A stretch of DNA of 64,000 nucleotides from Rhodospirillales bacterium (lineage in GTDB: Bacteria; Pseudomonadota; Alphaproteobacteria; BOG-932; Roseiterribacteraceae). The DNA is taken from NCBI GenBank assembly GCA_028291365.1, contig JAQGIE010000088.1, forward strand, positions 3,000 to 66,999, written 5' to 3'. Below the pieces are notes generated by a model. It saw only the letters and a list, made by a program, of their open reading frames with translations. It made no database searches and was not told the DNA's origin. The position numbers were made by a program, and so were the translations under genes. Each line of letters begins with the position of its first letter. The first letter of the stretch is position 1. Positions 51,682 through 63,900 of this stretch are shown here, one piece after another.

Positions 51682-53574
51682 CTAGAAGCCGATCCGCAGG
51701 CGCAGATCGAGGCTGTGCGCGCGCGTGGTGCGGTCGGCGACGAGCTGGTCGTAGCCGAGCCGCAGATCGACATCGTCGCCCGCGCGCAAGGTGGCGCCGG
51801 CACCGAGCCGGATGCGGTTGCGGTCGCCGACCTGCAGCACGCCGCTGGTGGCTTCGCCGTTGGCGAGACGCGCGGTGACGGTGCTGGTGCCGCCGAACTG
51901 CGCTTCGTAGCGCGCATGCAGGTCGGGCGCGAACCGGCCCAGCGCGGTTGTCACCGTGCCGCTGGCGCGCAGCCCCAGCTCGCCCACCGTGGCGCGCGCA
52001 TGCTGCTCGTCGACGCGCAGATCGAGCAGGCGCGTGCCGCTTTCGGCATAGGAGTCGATCGACGCCGATACGTGCCGCAGCCCCAGCTCGGGACCGGCGG
52101 TGATGGCGCCGAATTTCCAGCCATAGCCGCCGCGCGCCGCGACAAACCAGCTGTCGCCGTTGCTGCTGCCGCGCGCGGTCGGGAAGGGCGCGAAATCGGC
52201 GTTGCGTTCCAGCGCGCGATACCGGTCCCAGCCGGTGCCCGCGGTGACGCGCGCCGACCAGCCGCCGTTTTCGTAACTTGCCGCGGCGGCGATCAGGACC
52301 CGGCGCGCCTCGGCGCCGCCAGCGCCTTGTTCGAGCGTCGCGCGCCCGCCGCCATACCCGACATCGGCTTCGAGCCGCAGCTCTTCGGTAAGCTGATAGG
52401 TCAGTCCGACCAGCGCGAAGGCCGCTTGGTCGTGAAAGCCCGCAACGCCGGCCTGCTCGTTGAAGCTGCTGTTCTGGCCGACGCCGCTCATCACCAGGCC
52501 CAGCCGCGCGCCGTCGCGCGTGATGCGCAGCTGCTGCCCCGCGGATTCGACCAGCGAACGCGCCACCAGGTCGGACATGTCGCGCGCGAACGCGACCTGC
52601 GCCGCGATGCGCCGGCCGCCGTCGAGCATCGTCGACAAGCTTCCGGTCATCAGCGCGTCGATCAGCGCGTGCGTCGCGCGGGTCGGGTGATTGACGTCCC
52701 AGAACATCGTCTGGTCGGCCTGTTGCTGCGTCGCGCAGGCGCCGCTCGGCGAACCGCTCCCGAGCAGGCAGGGCGTCAGCACGTTGGTGAAGCCGTAGAC
52801 GGCGGGATGGGTGAACAGGTCGGCATAGAGTCCGCCCACGTCGACATGCACCAGGGTGGCGCCGGCCAGCTGCGGCCGCAGCTGGTCGACCGTCTGCAGC
52901 AGCAGCGCATTGTGCTGCCGGCTGAGTTCGGCGCCGGTCGCCGCGGTCTGCGCGCCGAGGCCGCGAATGCTCGGCACCAGCGCCAGGTCGAACTCGTTGA
53001 CGACGACGAAATTGCGCGCGCCGGCGGCGTACAGCTGCCGCACGCTGCTTTCGATATTGCCGACCGCACGCGCGACGACGGCGGGCACCGTCGGTGCGGT
53101 TGAGGCGCCGACCAGGAACGCGGTGTAGTCGTTGGCGCCGGTCCACACCGTAAACAGCGTCGAGGCGGTGGGGCGCTGGATCGAGCCGGTCTGCAGATAG
53201 CCGAGATAGGCCGAGACCTGCGCCAGCGCGCCGGGCACCTGTCCGGCCGCCACGTTGAGCGTTTCGGGTCCCGAGGTCGAACCGCCGAAGGCGAAATTAT
53301 AGCCGTCGATCGGACCGCTGCGCGCGCGGCCCAGCAGCAGGTCCGACCACAAGGTCAAACGCGGGATCTCGCGATCGACCCACATCGGCCCGTTGGAATA
53401 ATGGCCGTTGTAATAAGGCGGCGACGGCGGAATGGCGCCGCCGGTCATGGCCGAGACGTTGCCGGTGTCGCTGAGACTGTCACCGAACACGACGCGCTGA
53501 TCATAGCGCGGCGCCGCGTTGGCGCCGGTGCAGAGCAGGACGAGCGCGATGGCGCCGAGTTGGATTGTCCGCAT
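51682..53574 (-). CDS. autotransporter with SGNH/GDSL esterase-lipase passenger domain (EstA-like)
   Basis: Internal ATG after GGGAGG in ORF 51682..53775. It has a signal peptide, GDSL block I VVFGDSLSDTGN, block III TVWTGANDY, and block V FWDVNHPT. The C-terminal autotransporter barrel of about 280 aa ends in LRLRIGF. Confidence 0.85.
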   Translation of the reverse strand: MRTIQLGAIALVLLCTGANAAPRYDQRVVFGDSLSDTGNVSAMTGGAIPPSPPYYNGHYSNGPMWVDREIPRLTLWSDLLLGRARSGPIDGYNFAFGGSTSGPETLNVAAGQVPGALAQVSAYLGYLQTGSIQRPTASTLFTVWTGANDYTAFLVGASTAPTVPAVVARAVGNIESSVRQLYAAGARNFVVVNEFDLALVPSIRGLGAQTAATGAELSRQHNALLLQTVDQLRPQLAGATLVHVDVGGLYADLFTHPAVYGFTNVLTPCLLGSGSPSGACATQQQADQTMFWDVNHPTRATHALIDALMTGSLSTMLDGGRRIAAQVAFARDMSDLVARSLVESAGQQLRITRDGARLGLVMSGVGQNSSFNEQAGVAGFHDQAAFALVGLTYQLTEELRLEADVGYGGGRATLEQGAGGAEARRVLIAAAASYENGGWSARVTAGTGWDRYRALERNADFAPFPTARGSSNGDSWFVAARGGYGWKFGAITAGPELGLRHVSASIDSYAESGTRLLDLRVDEQHARATVGELGLRASGTVTTALGRFAPDLHARYEAQFGGTSTVTARLANGEATSGVLQVGDRNRIRLGAGATLRAGDDVDLRLGYDQLVADRTTRAHSLDLRLRIGF

Positions 53575-53722
53575 GATCAGCGACCTCCCGTCGCGCCGAA
53601 GCCCGGCATGCTGCCGCGCGGGTCGTAGCGCCCGCTGCGGCCGATATTGTTGTTGTTGGAGCCCGGCTGGGCGTCGGCGTCTGAAGCGATGCTGCAGGCG
53701 CCGCTCGGAGCGGCGGGGCGCA

Positions 53723-53914
53723 TCACGTGCCCCGCAGGCTGCGCGGGCGCATGTCGGTCCAGGTCGCGTCGACATGGGCGAGCGCGTCTTCGCGCGATTG
53801 CGCTTCGGTGCAGGCGCGCCAGCCTTGGGGCACGTCCTTGCCCTCGGGCCACAGCGAATACTGGTCTTCGTCGTTCACCAGCACGAGAAAGCGCGGTTCG
53901 GGCGCGTCGGTCAT
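53723..53914 (-). CDS. MbtH-like protein
   Basis: 63 aa. It has [22 protein letters not shown]...WTDMRPRSL, which includes the three invariant Trp residues of the MbtH family. Its start overlaps the NRPS stop as ATGA. Confidence 0.9.
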   Translation of the reverse strand: MTDAPEPRFLVLVNDEDQYSLWPEGKDVPQGWRACTEAQSREDALAHVDATWTDMRPRSLRGT

Positions 53915-56900
53915 GTCGGGGTCTCCTCGATCGCGGTCGCGATCGTCTGGGCCAGCTGCGCCGCGTGGGCTGCATCCAGCATCGTATGGTGGTGTCCGGG
54001 ACTCGTGTGCAGGTGCAGTCGCCCGCCGACCAGCGCGCGCCAGCCGAGCGACGGTTCGCGCCCGCCCTCCGCGGCTGCGATCACGATCAGGTCGCGCTCG
54101 CTGCGTTCGGCGCGAAAGGATTGCGCTGCGGCGAACGCGTTGCGGCAGACCGCGATCAGCTGCTCGGCATCATCGATGGTGAAATTCACGTCGATCCGGT
54201 CGGCAGCGCGCGCCGCCGCGAGCAGATAGGCGATCGACGCCGCGCGACCGGCCGGCAGTTCGCCGGGCGGCTGCTGCAACAGCAGATGCGACAGCGCCTG
54301 CAATTCTTCGGCAACGCCGAAACAAGCCGAGCGCTCGGGCTCGGCGGCGGTGTCGATCACCAGCGTGCGCACGTCGATCCCGTCGAGGCCAAGCAGGCTT
54401 GCGGTCGCGACGCTCAGCATGCCGCCCAGCGACCAGCCCGCCAGCACCACCGGCCCGCCTGCGAAACGCTCGGCGATCGCGCTCGCATAGAGTCGCGCGA
54501 ACGCGTCGGCGTCGGCGAGCGGCGCTTGACCGTCGCTCAGGCCGGGCGCCTGCAAGCCCCAGATCGGACGATCGTCGGGCCAGCGCAGAATCAGCTCGCG
54601 ATAGCAGAACAGGTCGCCCGACAGCGCATGCACCAGGATCAGCGGCGCGCGCGCCGGATTGCCCGGGCGCAGCGCCACCAGCGGCAGCGCGGTTTCGGGT
54701 TCGGGGCCGCGCAGCAAGGTTGCCAGCTCGGCGACGCTCGACGCCGCGAACAGCGACGCGACGGGCAGGCGCACGCCGAACTCGGCTTCGAGCCGCGCGA
54801 TCAGCGCCACCGCGAGCAGCGAATGACCGCCGAGATCGAAGAAGCTGCGCTCGCGATCGACGCTGTCGAGACCGAGCAGCGCCTGCATCACCGAAGCCAC
54901 GCGGCGTTCGAGCGGATCGGTCGCTTCGCGCACCGCGCGTGCGGCGGGCAGCTTCACGCGGCCCAGCGCGGCGCGATCGATCTTGCCGGCTGGCGACAGC
55001 GGCAGCGAGTCGAGCACCAGGATCGTCGCGGGCACCATGTGGTCGGGCAGGCGCGCGCGCAGATAGGCGCGCATCGCGTCGGCGTTGCCGCGTCCGCCGA
55101 CATACGCGACCAGCGCCGCGTCGCCGCGCAGGTCGGGTTCGACCAGCACCGCGGCCTCGTCGACGTCGGGATGCGCCGCCAGCACTGCTTCGATCTCGCC
55201 GAGTTCGACGCGGAAGCCGCGCAGCTTCACCTGCTGGTCGAGGCGGCCGAGAAACTCGATCGTGCCGTCGCTGCGCCAGCGGCCGCGATCGCCGGTGCGG
55301 TACATGCGCGAACCCGGCGCGCCGCCCGGCTCGGCAACGAAGCTGCGCGCGGTCAACGTTTCCTGGCCGACATAGCCGCGCCCGACGCCGACGCCGGCAA
55401 TGCAGATCTCGCCCGCCAGTCCGATCGGCACCGGGCGCAGCGCGCTGTCGACGACATGGATGCGCGCATTGGCAATCGGTGCGCCGATCGTGACCTCGTC
55501 GCCGGGCGCGAGCGGCGCGGTCATGGTACCGCACACGGTCGCTTCGGTCGGGCCGTAGGCGTTGAAGAAGCGGCGGCCCGGCGCCCACGCATGGACCAGA
55601 AAAGGCGGGCACGTCTCGCCCGCGGTGACGATGGTGTGCAGCGCCGGCAACGCGCCGGGATCGAGCTGCGTCAGCGCGGTCGGCGGCAGGGTCGCGTGCG
55701 TGACGCCGTGCGCGACCAGCGTTTCGGTCAGCGGCGCGCCCGGCAGCAGCGACTCGCGATCGGCCAGCACCAGCGTGCCGCCCGCCACGAGTGTGGTGAA
55801 GATCTCCCACACCGAGGCGTCGAAACTGGCGCTGGCGAATTGCAGCACGCGGCTGCCGGGGCCGATTTCGAGACGGGCCGCGATCTGCGTCGCTAGGTTG
55901 CACAGGCCGCGATGCGTCAGCGTCGCGCCCTTGGGCGTGCCGGTCGAACCCGACGTGTAGATCAGATAGGCGAGATCGTCGGCGGTGGCCGGCGATTGCG
56001 GTGCCGTGTCGGTGCCCGGGGCGAGCTGATCGATCAATACCGGCGACGCGTTGGTCGCGGGCAGCGTCGTGACGAGATCGCTGCGCGTGACCAGCAAGGT
56101 CGCGCCCGAATCCTGCAGCATGTGCGCCAGGCGCGCGGCGGGATAGGCGGGGTCGAGCGGCAGCCACGGCGCACCGGCGCGCGCCACCGCGAGAATCGCG
56201 ACGACCAGCTCGATGCCGCGCGGCAGCGCGATCGCGACCGGCCGGTTCGGCGCCGCGCCGTGCGCGCGCAGCGCGGCCGCGAGCATCGCTGCGCGGCGAT
56301 GCAGCTCGGCATAGGTCAGCGACTCGCCGCCCTGCACCAGCGCGACCGTGTCTCGCGTCGCCGCCACCAGCGCGTCGATGGTCGTGTCGTCGGGAAAGGG
56401 GGCCGCCGTGTCGTTCCACTGCGCCAGCAACGCCGCATCTTCATCGGTGAGCCAGTTCAGCGCCGAGATGGGCTGCGCCGGCGCCGCCACCATCGACGAC
56501 CACACCAGCTGCAGCCGCGCGATCATGCGCTCGACCGTCTCGGGCTCGAACAGGTCGGTGTCGTATTGCAGCCCGGCGATCAGCGAGCCGTCCTCGCGCT
56601 CGCGCATGGTCAAGGTCAGGTCGAACGCCGCGGTCTGCGTCTCGACCATCAGCGGACGCATGGTGACGCCATCGAGCGTGGTTTCGGCACCGCCCGCCGG
56701 CTGCAAGGCGAACATCACCTGGAACAAGGGCGCATGGCTCAGCGATCGCTCGGGCTGCAGCGCGTCGACGACCTGTTCGAACGGCACGTCCTGATGCGCG
56801 TAGGCGGCCAGCGCGGTGGCGCGCAGCCGGTCGATCAAGGTCGCTGCGTCGGGATCGCCCGACAGGTCGACGCGCAGCACCAGCGTGTTGACGAAGAAGC

Positions 56901-59900
56901 CGATCAGCGCTTCGAGCGCCACGTGCGTGCGGTTCGCGACCGGCGTGCCGATGGCGAAATCGCTCTGCCCCGCGTCGCGGCCCAGCATCGCGGCGAAGCC
57001 CGCCAGCAACGTCATGTACAGCGTCGCGTTGCGCGTCGAAGCCAGCGCGCGCAGAAGCTGCGTCAGGTCGGCGGGCACTTCGAACACCGCCATGGCGCCG
57101 CAATGATGCTGGATCGGCGGGCGCGGCCGGTCGGTCGGCAGCGCCAGCAGTGGCGGCAGATCGTGCAGCTGCTTGCGCCAGAAGCCCAGCTCGCGATCGA
57201 GATGCGTCGTCGTCAGACGCGCGCGCTGCCACGCCGCATAATCGGCATATTGCACCTGCAGCGGCGCCAGCGTGTCGCCGCGATACAACGCGGCGAGGTC
57301 GCGCAGCAGCACCGGCATCGAACCGCCGTCGGCGACGATATGGTGCAAGGTCAGCAGCAGCGCATGCCGCTCGGGCGCGACGCGCAGCAGCATGGCGCGG
57401 ATCGGCCAGTCGCGCGCCAGATCGAACGAGCGCGACGCGTCGGCCTCGGCGAGAAATTCGAGTTCGTCCTCGCGCGCGTCGCGCAGCTGGAACGGCACCG
57501 GCCCGGGCGGATCGATGCACAGAGTCGGCGTGCCGTCGCTGGCGTCGATGCGGCTGCGCAGCAGCTCGTGCCGCGCCACCAGCGCGTCGAGCGCGCCGCG
57601 CAGCGCGTCGACGCGCAACGGGCCTTGCAGGATCGTGGCGGTGGGGACGTTGTAGATGGCGCCGCCATCGTCGAGATGGTCGAGGAACCACAGGCGCTGC
57701 TGCGCGAAGGACAGGGTTGGCGCGACGCCGGCGCCGCGCGGCGCGAGCTCGTGCCGCGAATCGTCGGCGAGATGCGCCATCGCGGCGGCGAGCTGGCGCA
57801 CCGTCGGATGTTCGAACAGAAGATTGAGCGGGATTTCGAGCGCGAAGGCTTGGCGCACGCGCGCGATGAGCTGGATCGCCAGCAGCGAATGCCCGCCCAG
57901 CGCGAAGAAATCGTCGTCGATGCCGATCTGCGTGCGGCCGAGCAGCCCGGCCCACAATCCGGCCAGCACTTCTTCGCCGAAATCGCGCGCCAGGACGTGC
58001 GTCGCGGCGTCGGAGTCGGCGGCGCGGTCGGGCGCCGGCAAGCGCTTGCGGTCGAGCTTGCCGTTGGCGCTGAGCGGCATCGCTTCGAGCCGCACGAACT
58101 GCGCCGGCATCATATAGTCGGGCAGCTTGGCCTTGAGATGCGCGCGCCAGCCGTCGGTGCTGCCGTCGCCGGTGGCGTAGGCGACCAGCCGCCTCTCGTC
58201 CCCTTCGCCGCGCACCACGACCGCGACTTCGCCGGCCCCCGGCGCGTCGGCCAAGGTCGCTTCGATTTCGCCCAGCTCGATGCGGAAGCCGCGCAGCTTC
58301 ACCTGGTCGTCGGCGCGCCCGAGATAGACGAGGCTGCCGTCGGGCAGATGCCGCGCCAGATCGCCGGTGCGGTAGAGCCGCGCCCCCGGCGCGCCGAACG
58401 GATCGGCGATGAAACGCTCCGCGGTCAGGCCGGGCCGGCCGAGATAGCCCCGCCCGACGCCGGCCCCGCCGACATGGAGTTCGCCCGTGACGCCGACCGG
58501 CACCGGTTCGAGCCAGCGGTCGAGCACGTACAGTTTGGTGTTGGCGATCGGGCGCCCGATCGGAATCGCACCGGCGGTGGGCGTCGCGGCGCCGACTTCG
58601 TGCACCGCACAGCCGACCACGGTTTCGGTCGGTCCGTATTCGTTGATCAGCCGGATGCCGCGTTCGCGCCACGGCGCGATCTGCGCCGCGCTCAACGCTT
58701 CGCCGCCGATCACGAAGGCGCCGGCGGCGCGGTCGCGCACCGCCCCGAGCTGCACCAGGCTGTCGAGATGCGCCGGCGTCAGCTTGACCAGGCTGAAGCC
58801 GTTGTCGGCGCCCAGCGCGCCGGCCAGCGCGTCGATCTCGTTCTGTTGCGGCAGCAACGTGACCGTGCGGCCGCAGACCAGCGGCAGCAGCAGGCTGGTG
58901 ACGGTGGCGTCGAAACTGATCGAGGTGTTGACGGGCGCGCCGGTGCCGCCGGTCATGTCATAGGCGCCTGCGGCCCAGCGCAGATAGTTGAGCACGCCGC
59001 GATGGGGCAGCATCGCGCCCTTGGGCTGTCCCGTCGAACCCGACGTGTAGATCACGTAGGCAAGATGATCTTGGCCGACTGCGCGTGCCGGCGACGGCAG
59101 CACCGGACCGTCGGCGGTTTCGAGATCGAGGCACACGACGCGCGCGCGGGTCGCGGGCAGGCTTTCGAGCAGATCGCTTTCGGTCAGCAGCACCGATGCG
59201 CCGCTGTCGCGCATCAGATAGGCGAGCCGGTCGGGCGGATAGGCGGGATCCATCGGCAGATAGGCGCCGCCCGCTTTCCAGATCGCGAGCAGCCCGATCA
59301 CCAGCTCGACGCTGCGCCCGGCGCACAGGCCGACGATGGTCTCGGGTCCGACTTTCATGCGCAGCAGGCGATGCGCCAGCCGGTTGGCGCGCTCGTCGAG
59401 CTGGCGATAGGTGATCGCCTGCTCGCCCGCACGCACCGCGATCGCGTCGGGGGTCGCGGCAGCGGCCGCTTCGATCAGCGAGGTGACGCTGGGCGCGTCG
59501 TCGAAACGCTGCGCGGTGTCGTTCCAGTCAATCAGCAGGCGCGCGCGTTCGGCGGGATCGAGCAGGTCGAGCCGTTCGATCGGCGTGTCGGGCGACGCCA
59601 CCATCGCGCCGAGCAGCCGTACATACAGGCTGGCCAGGCGCGACGCGGTCGCTTCGCTGAACAGATCGGCATCATATTGCAGCGCCGCGTCGGTTCCGCC
59701 GTCGCGATCGAGCAGAGTCAGCAGCAGGTCGAGCTTGGCCGCTTCGCTGGGCAGGTCGATCGGCGACAGTTCGAGATCGGTCCCGGGGATCGCCACCATG
59801 CTCAACGGCGCGTCGAGCAAGGTAATCATCACCTGGAAAACGGGATGGTGCGTGGCGGCGCGGTCTGGGCGCAGCGCCTCGACCGTGCGTTCGAACGGCA

Positions 59901-60915
59901 GGTCCTGGTTGGCTTGCGCGTCGAGCGTGACCGCGCGCACGCGCGCCAGCAGGTTGGTGGTGCTCGGCCGGTCGGCCAGGTCGATGCGCAACGGCAGCGA
60001 ATTCAGAAAGCAGCCGATCAGCCCTTCGATCTCGGTCTGGGTGCGGCCCGCCACCGGCGTGCCGATCACCAGATCCTCGCCGCCGCCGAGCCGCTGCAGC
60101 AACGAAGCGTAGGCTGCGACGAAGACCATGTAGGGCGTGACGCCGGCGCTGCGCGCGAGCGCCGTGACGCCGGCGCGCAGCGCCGGATCGATCCGCTGCA
60201 GGACGCTGCCGCCGGTCCAGCTCGGCCGCGCCGGACGCGGAAAGTCGGTCGGCAATTGCAGGAGCTTGGGCGCGCCCTCGAGCACGCCCATCCAATGCGC
60301 CAGCTGCGCCGCCATCTCGGGCGCGTCGCCTTGTTCGCGCTGCCAGGCGGCGTAGTCGGCATATTGCACCGGAAGATCCGGCAAGTTCGGCGCGCGACCG
60401 GCCGCAAGGTCGGCATAGATCGCGATCAGCTCGCGCACCAGCACGCCGATCGACCAGCCGTCGGCGGCGACATGGTGCAAGGTCACCAGCAGAATATGGT
60501 CCTGCGGCGCGCAACGCAGCAGCTGCAGTCGCAGCGGCCAGTCACGCGCGAGGTCGAACGGACGCACCGCCTCATCGCGTGCCAGCCGGGCGAACGAAGC
60601 TTCGCGTGCCGCCGGATCGAGCTCGCCGAGGTCGGTCACCGCAATCGCGACGGGGGCCGGCGTCGCGATGAACTGCGTCGCCTGGCCGTTGACCGTCGGG
60701 AACAGCGTGTGCAGCACCTCGTGCCGCGCGACGATGCGGCTGAAGGTGGCTTCGAGCCGGTCGATCTGCAGACTGCCGCGCAGCCGCACCGCCGACGGAA
60801 TGTTATAGGCGGCGCCGCTGCCCATGGCGTCGAGGAACAGCATCCGTTCCTGCGCGAAGGAAAGCGGCAGCAGCGGCAGTTCGGCGTCGATCTGCATGGC
60901 GTCAGGCGGTGTCAT
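53911..60915 (-). CDS. nonribosomal peptide synthetase, two modules plus thioesterase (C-A-T-C-A-T-TE)
   Basis: 2334 aa.
- C domains: HHVAADGWS and HHIVADGGS.
- A domains: [16 protein letters not shown]...NEYGPTE...[14 protein letters not shown]...YRTGD...[13 protein letters not shown], and [16 protein letters not shown]...NAYGPTE.
- T domains: FFALGGHSL and FFDLGGHSL.
- TE domain: GWSLGG. Confidence 0.95.
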   Translation of the reverse strand: MTPPDAMQIDAELPLLPLSFAQERMLFLDAMGSGAAYNIPSAVRLRGSLQIDRLEATFSRIVARHEVLHTLFPTVNGQATQFIATPAPVAIAVTDLGELDPAAREASFARLARDEAVRPFDLARDWPLRLQLLRCAPQDHILLVTLHHVAADGWSIGVLVRELIAIYADLAAGRAPNLPDLPVQYADYAAWQREQGDAPEMAAQLAHWMGVLEGAPKLLQLPTDFPRPARPSWTGGSVLQRIDPALRAGVTALARSAGVTPYMVFVAAYASLLQRLGGGEDLVIGTPVAGRTQTEIEGLIGCFLNSLPLRIDLADRPSTTNLLARVRAVTLDAQANQDLPFERTVEALRPDRAATHHPVFQVMITLLDAPLSMVAIPGTDLELSPIDLPSEAAKLDLLLTLLDRDGGTDAALQYDADLFSEATASRLASLYVRLLGAMVASPDTPIERLDLLDPAERARLLIDWNDTAQRFDDAPSVTSLIEAAAAATPDAIAVRAGEQAITYRQLDERANRLAHRLLRMKVGPETIVGLCAGRSVELVIGLLAIWKAGGAYLPMDPAYPPDRLAYLMRDSGASVLLTESDLLESLPATRARVVCLDLETADGPVLPSPARAVGQDHLAYVIYTSGSTGQPKGAMLPHRGVLNYLRWAAGAYDMTGGTGAPVNTSISFDATVTSLLLPLVCGRTVTLLPQQNEIDALAGALGADNGFSLVKLTPAHLDSLVQLGAVRDRAAGAFVIGGEALSAAQIAPWRERGIRLINEYGPTETVVGCAVHEVGAATPTAGAIPIGRPIANTKLYVLDRWLEPVPVGVTGELHVGGAGVGRGYLGRPGLTAERFIADPFGAPGARLYRTGDLARHLPDGSLVYLGRADDQVKLRGFRIELGEIEATLADAPGAGEVAVVVRGEGDERRLVAYATGDGSTDGWRAHLKAKLPDYMMPAQFVRLEAMPLSANGKLDRKRLPAPDRAADSDAATHVLARDFGEEVLAGLWAGLLGRTQIGIDDDFFALGGHSLLAIQLIARVRQAFALEIPLNLLFEHPTVRQLAAAMAHLADDSRHELAPRGAGVAPTLSFAQQRLWFLDHLDDGGAIYNVPTATILQGPLRVDALRGALDALVARHELLRSRIDASDGTPTLCIDPPGPVPFQLRDAREDELEFLAEADASRSFDLARDWPIRAMLLRVAPERHALLLTLHHIVADGGSMPVLLRDLAALYRGDTLAPLQVQYADYAAWQRARLTTTHLDRELGFWRKQLHDLPPLLALPTDRPRPPIQHHCGAMAVFEVPADLTQLLRALASTRNATLYMTLLAGFAAMLGRDAGQSDFAIGTPVANRTHVALEALIGFFVNTLVLRVDLSGDPDAATLIDRLRATALAAYAHQDVPFEQVVDALQPERSLSHAPLFQVMFALQPAGGAETTLDGVTMRPLMVETQTAAFDLTLTMREREDGSLIAGLQYDTDLFEPETVERMIARLQLVWSSMVAAPAQPISALNWLTDEDAALLAQWNDTAAPFPDDTTIDALVAATRDTVALVQGGESLTYAELHRRAAMLAAALRAHGAAPNRPVAIALPRGIELVVAILAVARAGAPWLPLDPAYPAARLAHMLQDSGATLLVTRSDLVTTLPATNASPVLIDQLAPGTDTAPQSPATADDLAYLIYTSGSTGTPKGATLTHRGLCNLATQIAARLEIGPGSRVLQFASASFDASVWEIFTTLVAGGTLVLADRESLLPGAPLTETLVAHGVTHATLPPTALTQLDPGALPALHTIVTAGETCPPFLVHAWAPGRRFFNAYGPTEATVCGTMTAPLAPGDEVTIGAPIANARIHVVDSALRPVPIGLAGEICIAGVGVGRGYVGQETLTARSFVAEPGGAPGSRMYRTGDRGRWRSDGTIEFLGRLDQQVKLRGFRVELGEIEAVLAAHPDVDEAAVLVEPDLRGDAALVAYVGGRGNADAMRAYLRARLPDHMVPATILVLDSLPLSPAGKIDRAALGRVKLPAARAVREATDPLERRVASVMQALLGLDSVDRERSFFDLGGHSLLAVALIARLEAEFGVRLPVASLFAASSVAELATLLRGPEPETALPLVALRPGNPARAPLILVHALSGDLFCYRELILRWPDDRPIWGLQAPGLSDGQAPLADADAFARLYASAIAERFAGGPVVLAGWSLGGMLSVATASLLGLDGIDVRTLVIDTAAEPERSACFGVAEELQALSHLLLQQPPGELPAGRAASIAYLLAAARAADRIDVNFTIDDAEQLIAVCRNAFAAAQSFRAERSERDLIVIAAAEGGREPSLGWRALVGGRLHLHTSPGHHHTMLDAAHAAQLAQTIATAIEETPT
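54961..56373 (-). other. adenylation domain of the final module; pocket residues read as DAWTVAAVCK (Phe/aromatic-like)
   Basis: By-eye alignment to GrsA-PheA positions 235-331 and 517. Source motifs: [38 protein letters not shown]. Boundaries are approximate. Confidence 0.55.
58036..59478 (-). other. adenylation domain of the penultimate module; pocket residues read as DATKVGEVGK (Asn-like)
   Basis: By-eye alignment. Source motifs: [39 protein letters not shown]. Boundaries are approximate. Confidence 0.55.
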
Positions 60916-63900
60916 CAGGGCGTGATCCGGTGGGGCGTGCGGGCTCGGGCCCGTATGCCCGGCAGCGCCGGCCGGGCGGCCGAGTCCTGCAGCAGCAGCG
61001 GTGCGAGCTGGGCGATGGTCGGTTGTTCGAACAGGGTCTTGAGCGGCAGTTCGGCGCGGAACCGGTCGCGGATGCGCGAGACCAGCTGCGTCGCGAGCAG
61101 CGAATGGCCGCCGAGATCGAAGAAATTGTCGTGCACGCCGATCGGCGTGCGTTGCAGCAGCTCGCTCCAGATTTCTGCGAGCTGCTGTTCGGTGCCGTCG
61201 CGCGGCGCGACATGCGCATCGGCCACCGCCGCTTCGGCGCTCGGCGCGGGCAGCGCGCGGCGATCGACTTTGCCGTTCGGCGTAATCGGAAGGGCGTCGA
61301 GCCGTACGAACTGTGCCGGCACCATGTAGTCGGGCAAGGCGACGCGGAGCCCGCTGCGCAGCGCGTCGTCGCTCGCGTCACCGACGATGTAGGCGACCAG
61401 CCGCTTGTCCCCGGGCACGTCCTCGCGCGCCAGCACGGCGCAGGCGGCGATGCCGGGTTGCGCCGCCAGCACCGCTTCGATCTCGCCGAGTTCGATGCGG
61501 AACCCGCGCAATTTCACCTGGTCGTCGCTGCGCGCGAGATATTCGATGCTGCCGTCGACCAGACGCCGGGCGCGATCGCCGGTGAAATAGAGGCGTTCGC
61601 CGGCAATCTCGACGAAACGTTCGGCGGTGAGGTCCGCGCGCTTCCAGTATCCCTCGGCCAGCCCGTCGCCGCCCAGCCACAGATCACCCGCGACGCCGAG
61701 CGGTACGGGAAGACGCTGCGCATCGAGAATATGCGCGGTCGTGTTGGCGACCGGCCGGCCGATCGGCACGGTGCGCGCCTCGGCATCCACCTGTTCGATC
61801 AGATGCCAGGTCGCAAAGGTCGTGCTCTCGGTCGGACCGTAGACATGCAGCAGCCGCTTGGGCGCGCCCTGCGCCAGCACGCTGCGTACCGCGCCTGGAT
61901 CGACCGCTTCGCCGCCGAACAGAACGTCGCCGACCGGCGCAAAGCAACCCGGCGCCTCGCGCGCCATCTGGTTGAACAGCGCCGTGGTGATGAACATGGC
62001 GTCGATGCGGCGCTGGGCGAGCGCTGCGGCGAAGATCGCGGGCGCCAGCGTCTCATCGCGCTCGAACACCACGACGGTGCCGCCATGGATCAGCGCGCCC
62101 CAGATCTCGAACGTCGCCGCGTCGAACGACGTGTTCGAGACATGCGCGATGCGTGCGTGGTCGAGCTGTACGTAGTCGGTGTTGCAGACCAGGCGCACCA
62201 CGCCGCGATGCGGGATTGCGATGCCTTTGGGCGTACCGGTCGAACCCGACGTGTACATGACGTACGCGCGCGGCGCCTCGGTCGCAGCGACGAAACCGGC
62301 GGTCGCGTGCGGGTCGGGCATCAGGCGGGTGAGCGCGCCGGGCAAAGCGGTCGGGCGGTCGGTCAGCACGACGCGAATCCCCGAGTCTTCGACCATCGCC
62401 GCGATACGCTGCGCCGGATAGGCGGCATCGAGCGGCAAATAGGCAGCGCCGGTCTTGAGGATCGCCAGCATCGACTGGATCAGCAGCGCGCCGCGTTCGA
62501 GCCGCAGCCCGACCAGGTCGCCGCTGCGCACGCAAGCGGCCGCGAGCTGGGCCGCGATCGCGTTGGCGCCGCGTTCGAGCGCCGCGTAGTCGATGCGCAC
62601 GTCGCCATGTTCGATCGCGATCGCGGCCGGCGTGCGCGCCGCCTGCTGCGCCACCAGTTCGTGGATCGTCGCTTGCGGGTACGGCGTCGCCGTCGCGTTC
62701 CAGCGCTCGAACTCTTGCAGTTCGGTTTCGGTCAGCAAGGGCAGCGAAGCGACCGGCCGCGACGGCTGCGCCGCCATCACGTCGAGCAGCGTGCAGAAAT
62801 GCCTGGCGAGGCGCGCGATCGTCACCGCGTCGAACAGGTCGGTGTCGTAATGGATCAGCGCGGTCAGCGCGTCGCGCTCGACCCAGATCGACAGATTCAG
62901 ATCGAAGGTCGCGGTCGCGGTCGGCAGGTCGAACGAGGCGACCTCCAGCCCGTCGAGTTGCAGCGACGGCCACTCGGTGTCCTGCAAGGTGAACATGGTC
63001 TGGAACAAAGGCGCGTGCTGCAGCGAGCGTTCGGGCTGCAGCGCGTCGACGATCTGTTCGAACGGCACGTCCTGGTGCGCGAAACCGTCGAGCGTGCGCT
63101 GCCGCGTCCGTCGCAGCAAGGTGGCGGTATCGGGATCGCCCGACAGGTCGGCGCGCAACGTCAGGGTATTGGTGAAGAAGCCGATCAGCCCTTCGAGCGT
63201 CACGTCGCTGCGATTGGCCATCGGCGTGCCGATGGCGAAATCGTCCTGGCCCGCATAGCGCGACAGCAGCGCGCCGTAGCCGGCCAGCAATGTCATGAAC
63301 AAGGTCGCGTCGTGCGCTTGGCCCAGCGCGCGCAGCCGCGCGGTGAGCGGCGCCGGAATGGTGAAGCGATGCGTGGCGCCGTGATGGCGTTGGAGTCTCG
63401 GCCGCGCGCGATCGGTCGGCAGGTCGAGCGACGGCGGCAATCCCGCCAGCGCTTTGCGCCAATAGTCGAGCTGCGGTTCGGTGCGCGCGCTTGTCAGCCA
63501 GCCGCGCTGCCACGCTGCATAATCGGCATATTGCACCTTGAGCGGCGGCAACGCGTCGCCGCGATAGAGATCCGCCAGTTCGCGCAGCAGCAGTTCGACC
63601 GACCAGCCGTCGCCGGCGATGTGGTGCAAGGTCAGCAGCAGCACGTGGTGCGTCGGCGTCACACGCAGCAGCACGGCGCGGATCGGCCAATCCTGGGCGA
63701 GATCGAACGGGCGCAGCGCATCCTCGTCGGCGAGCGTCCGGATCTCGTCCTCGCGGCAGGCGCGCAGCGCCAGCGCCATCGCGCGCGGCGCCTCGACCTG
63801 CACGCTCGGGCTGCCGTCGCGCCTCGGATAGGTCGTGCGCAGCACCGCATGGCGCGCCACCAGCGCGTCGAATGCGGCCTGCAATGCGCCGACGTCGAGT

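Noticed and set aside
50402-53146. 914-aa minus-strand ORF, plus 51715..53103 on the plus strand
   Set aside because: They overlap the barrel protein (plus) and the GDSL autotransporter (minus), which carry real motifs. The composition is that of shadow ORFs.
53647-61329. Several very long ORFs in other frames or on the opposite strand of the NRPS genes (53647..55896 +, 55912..61329 +, 54170..56419 -, 56441..58672 -, 62053..63690 -)
   Set aside because: All NRPS core motifs (C, A, T, TE) read consistently in one minus-strand frame. The alternatives are low-complexity, Arg-rich translations.
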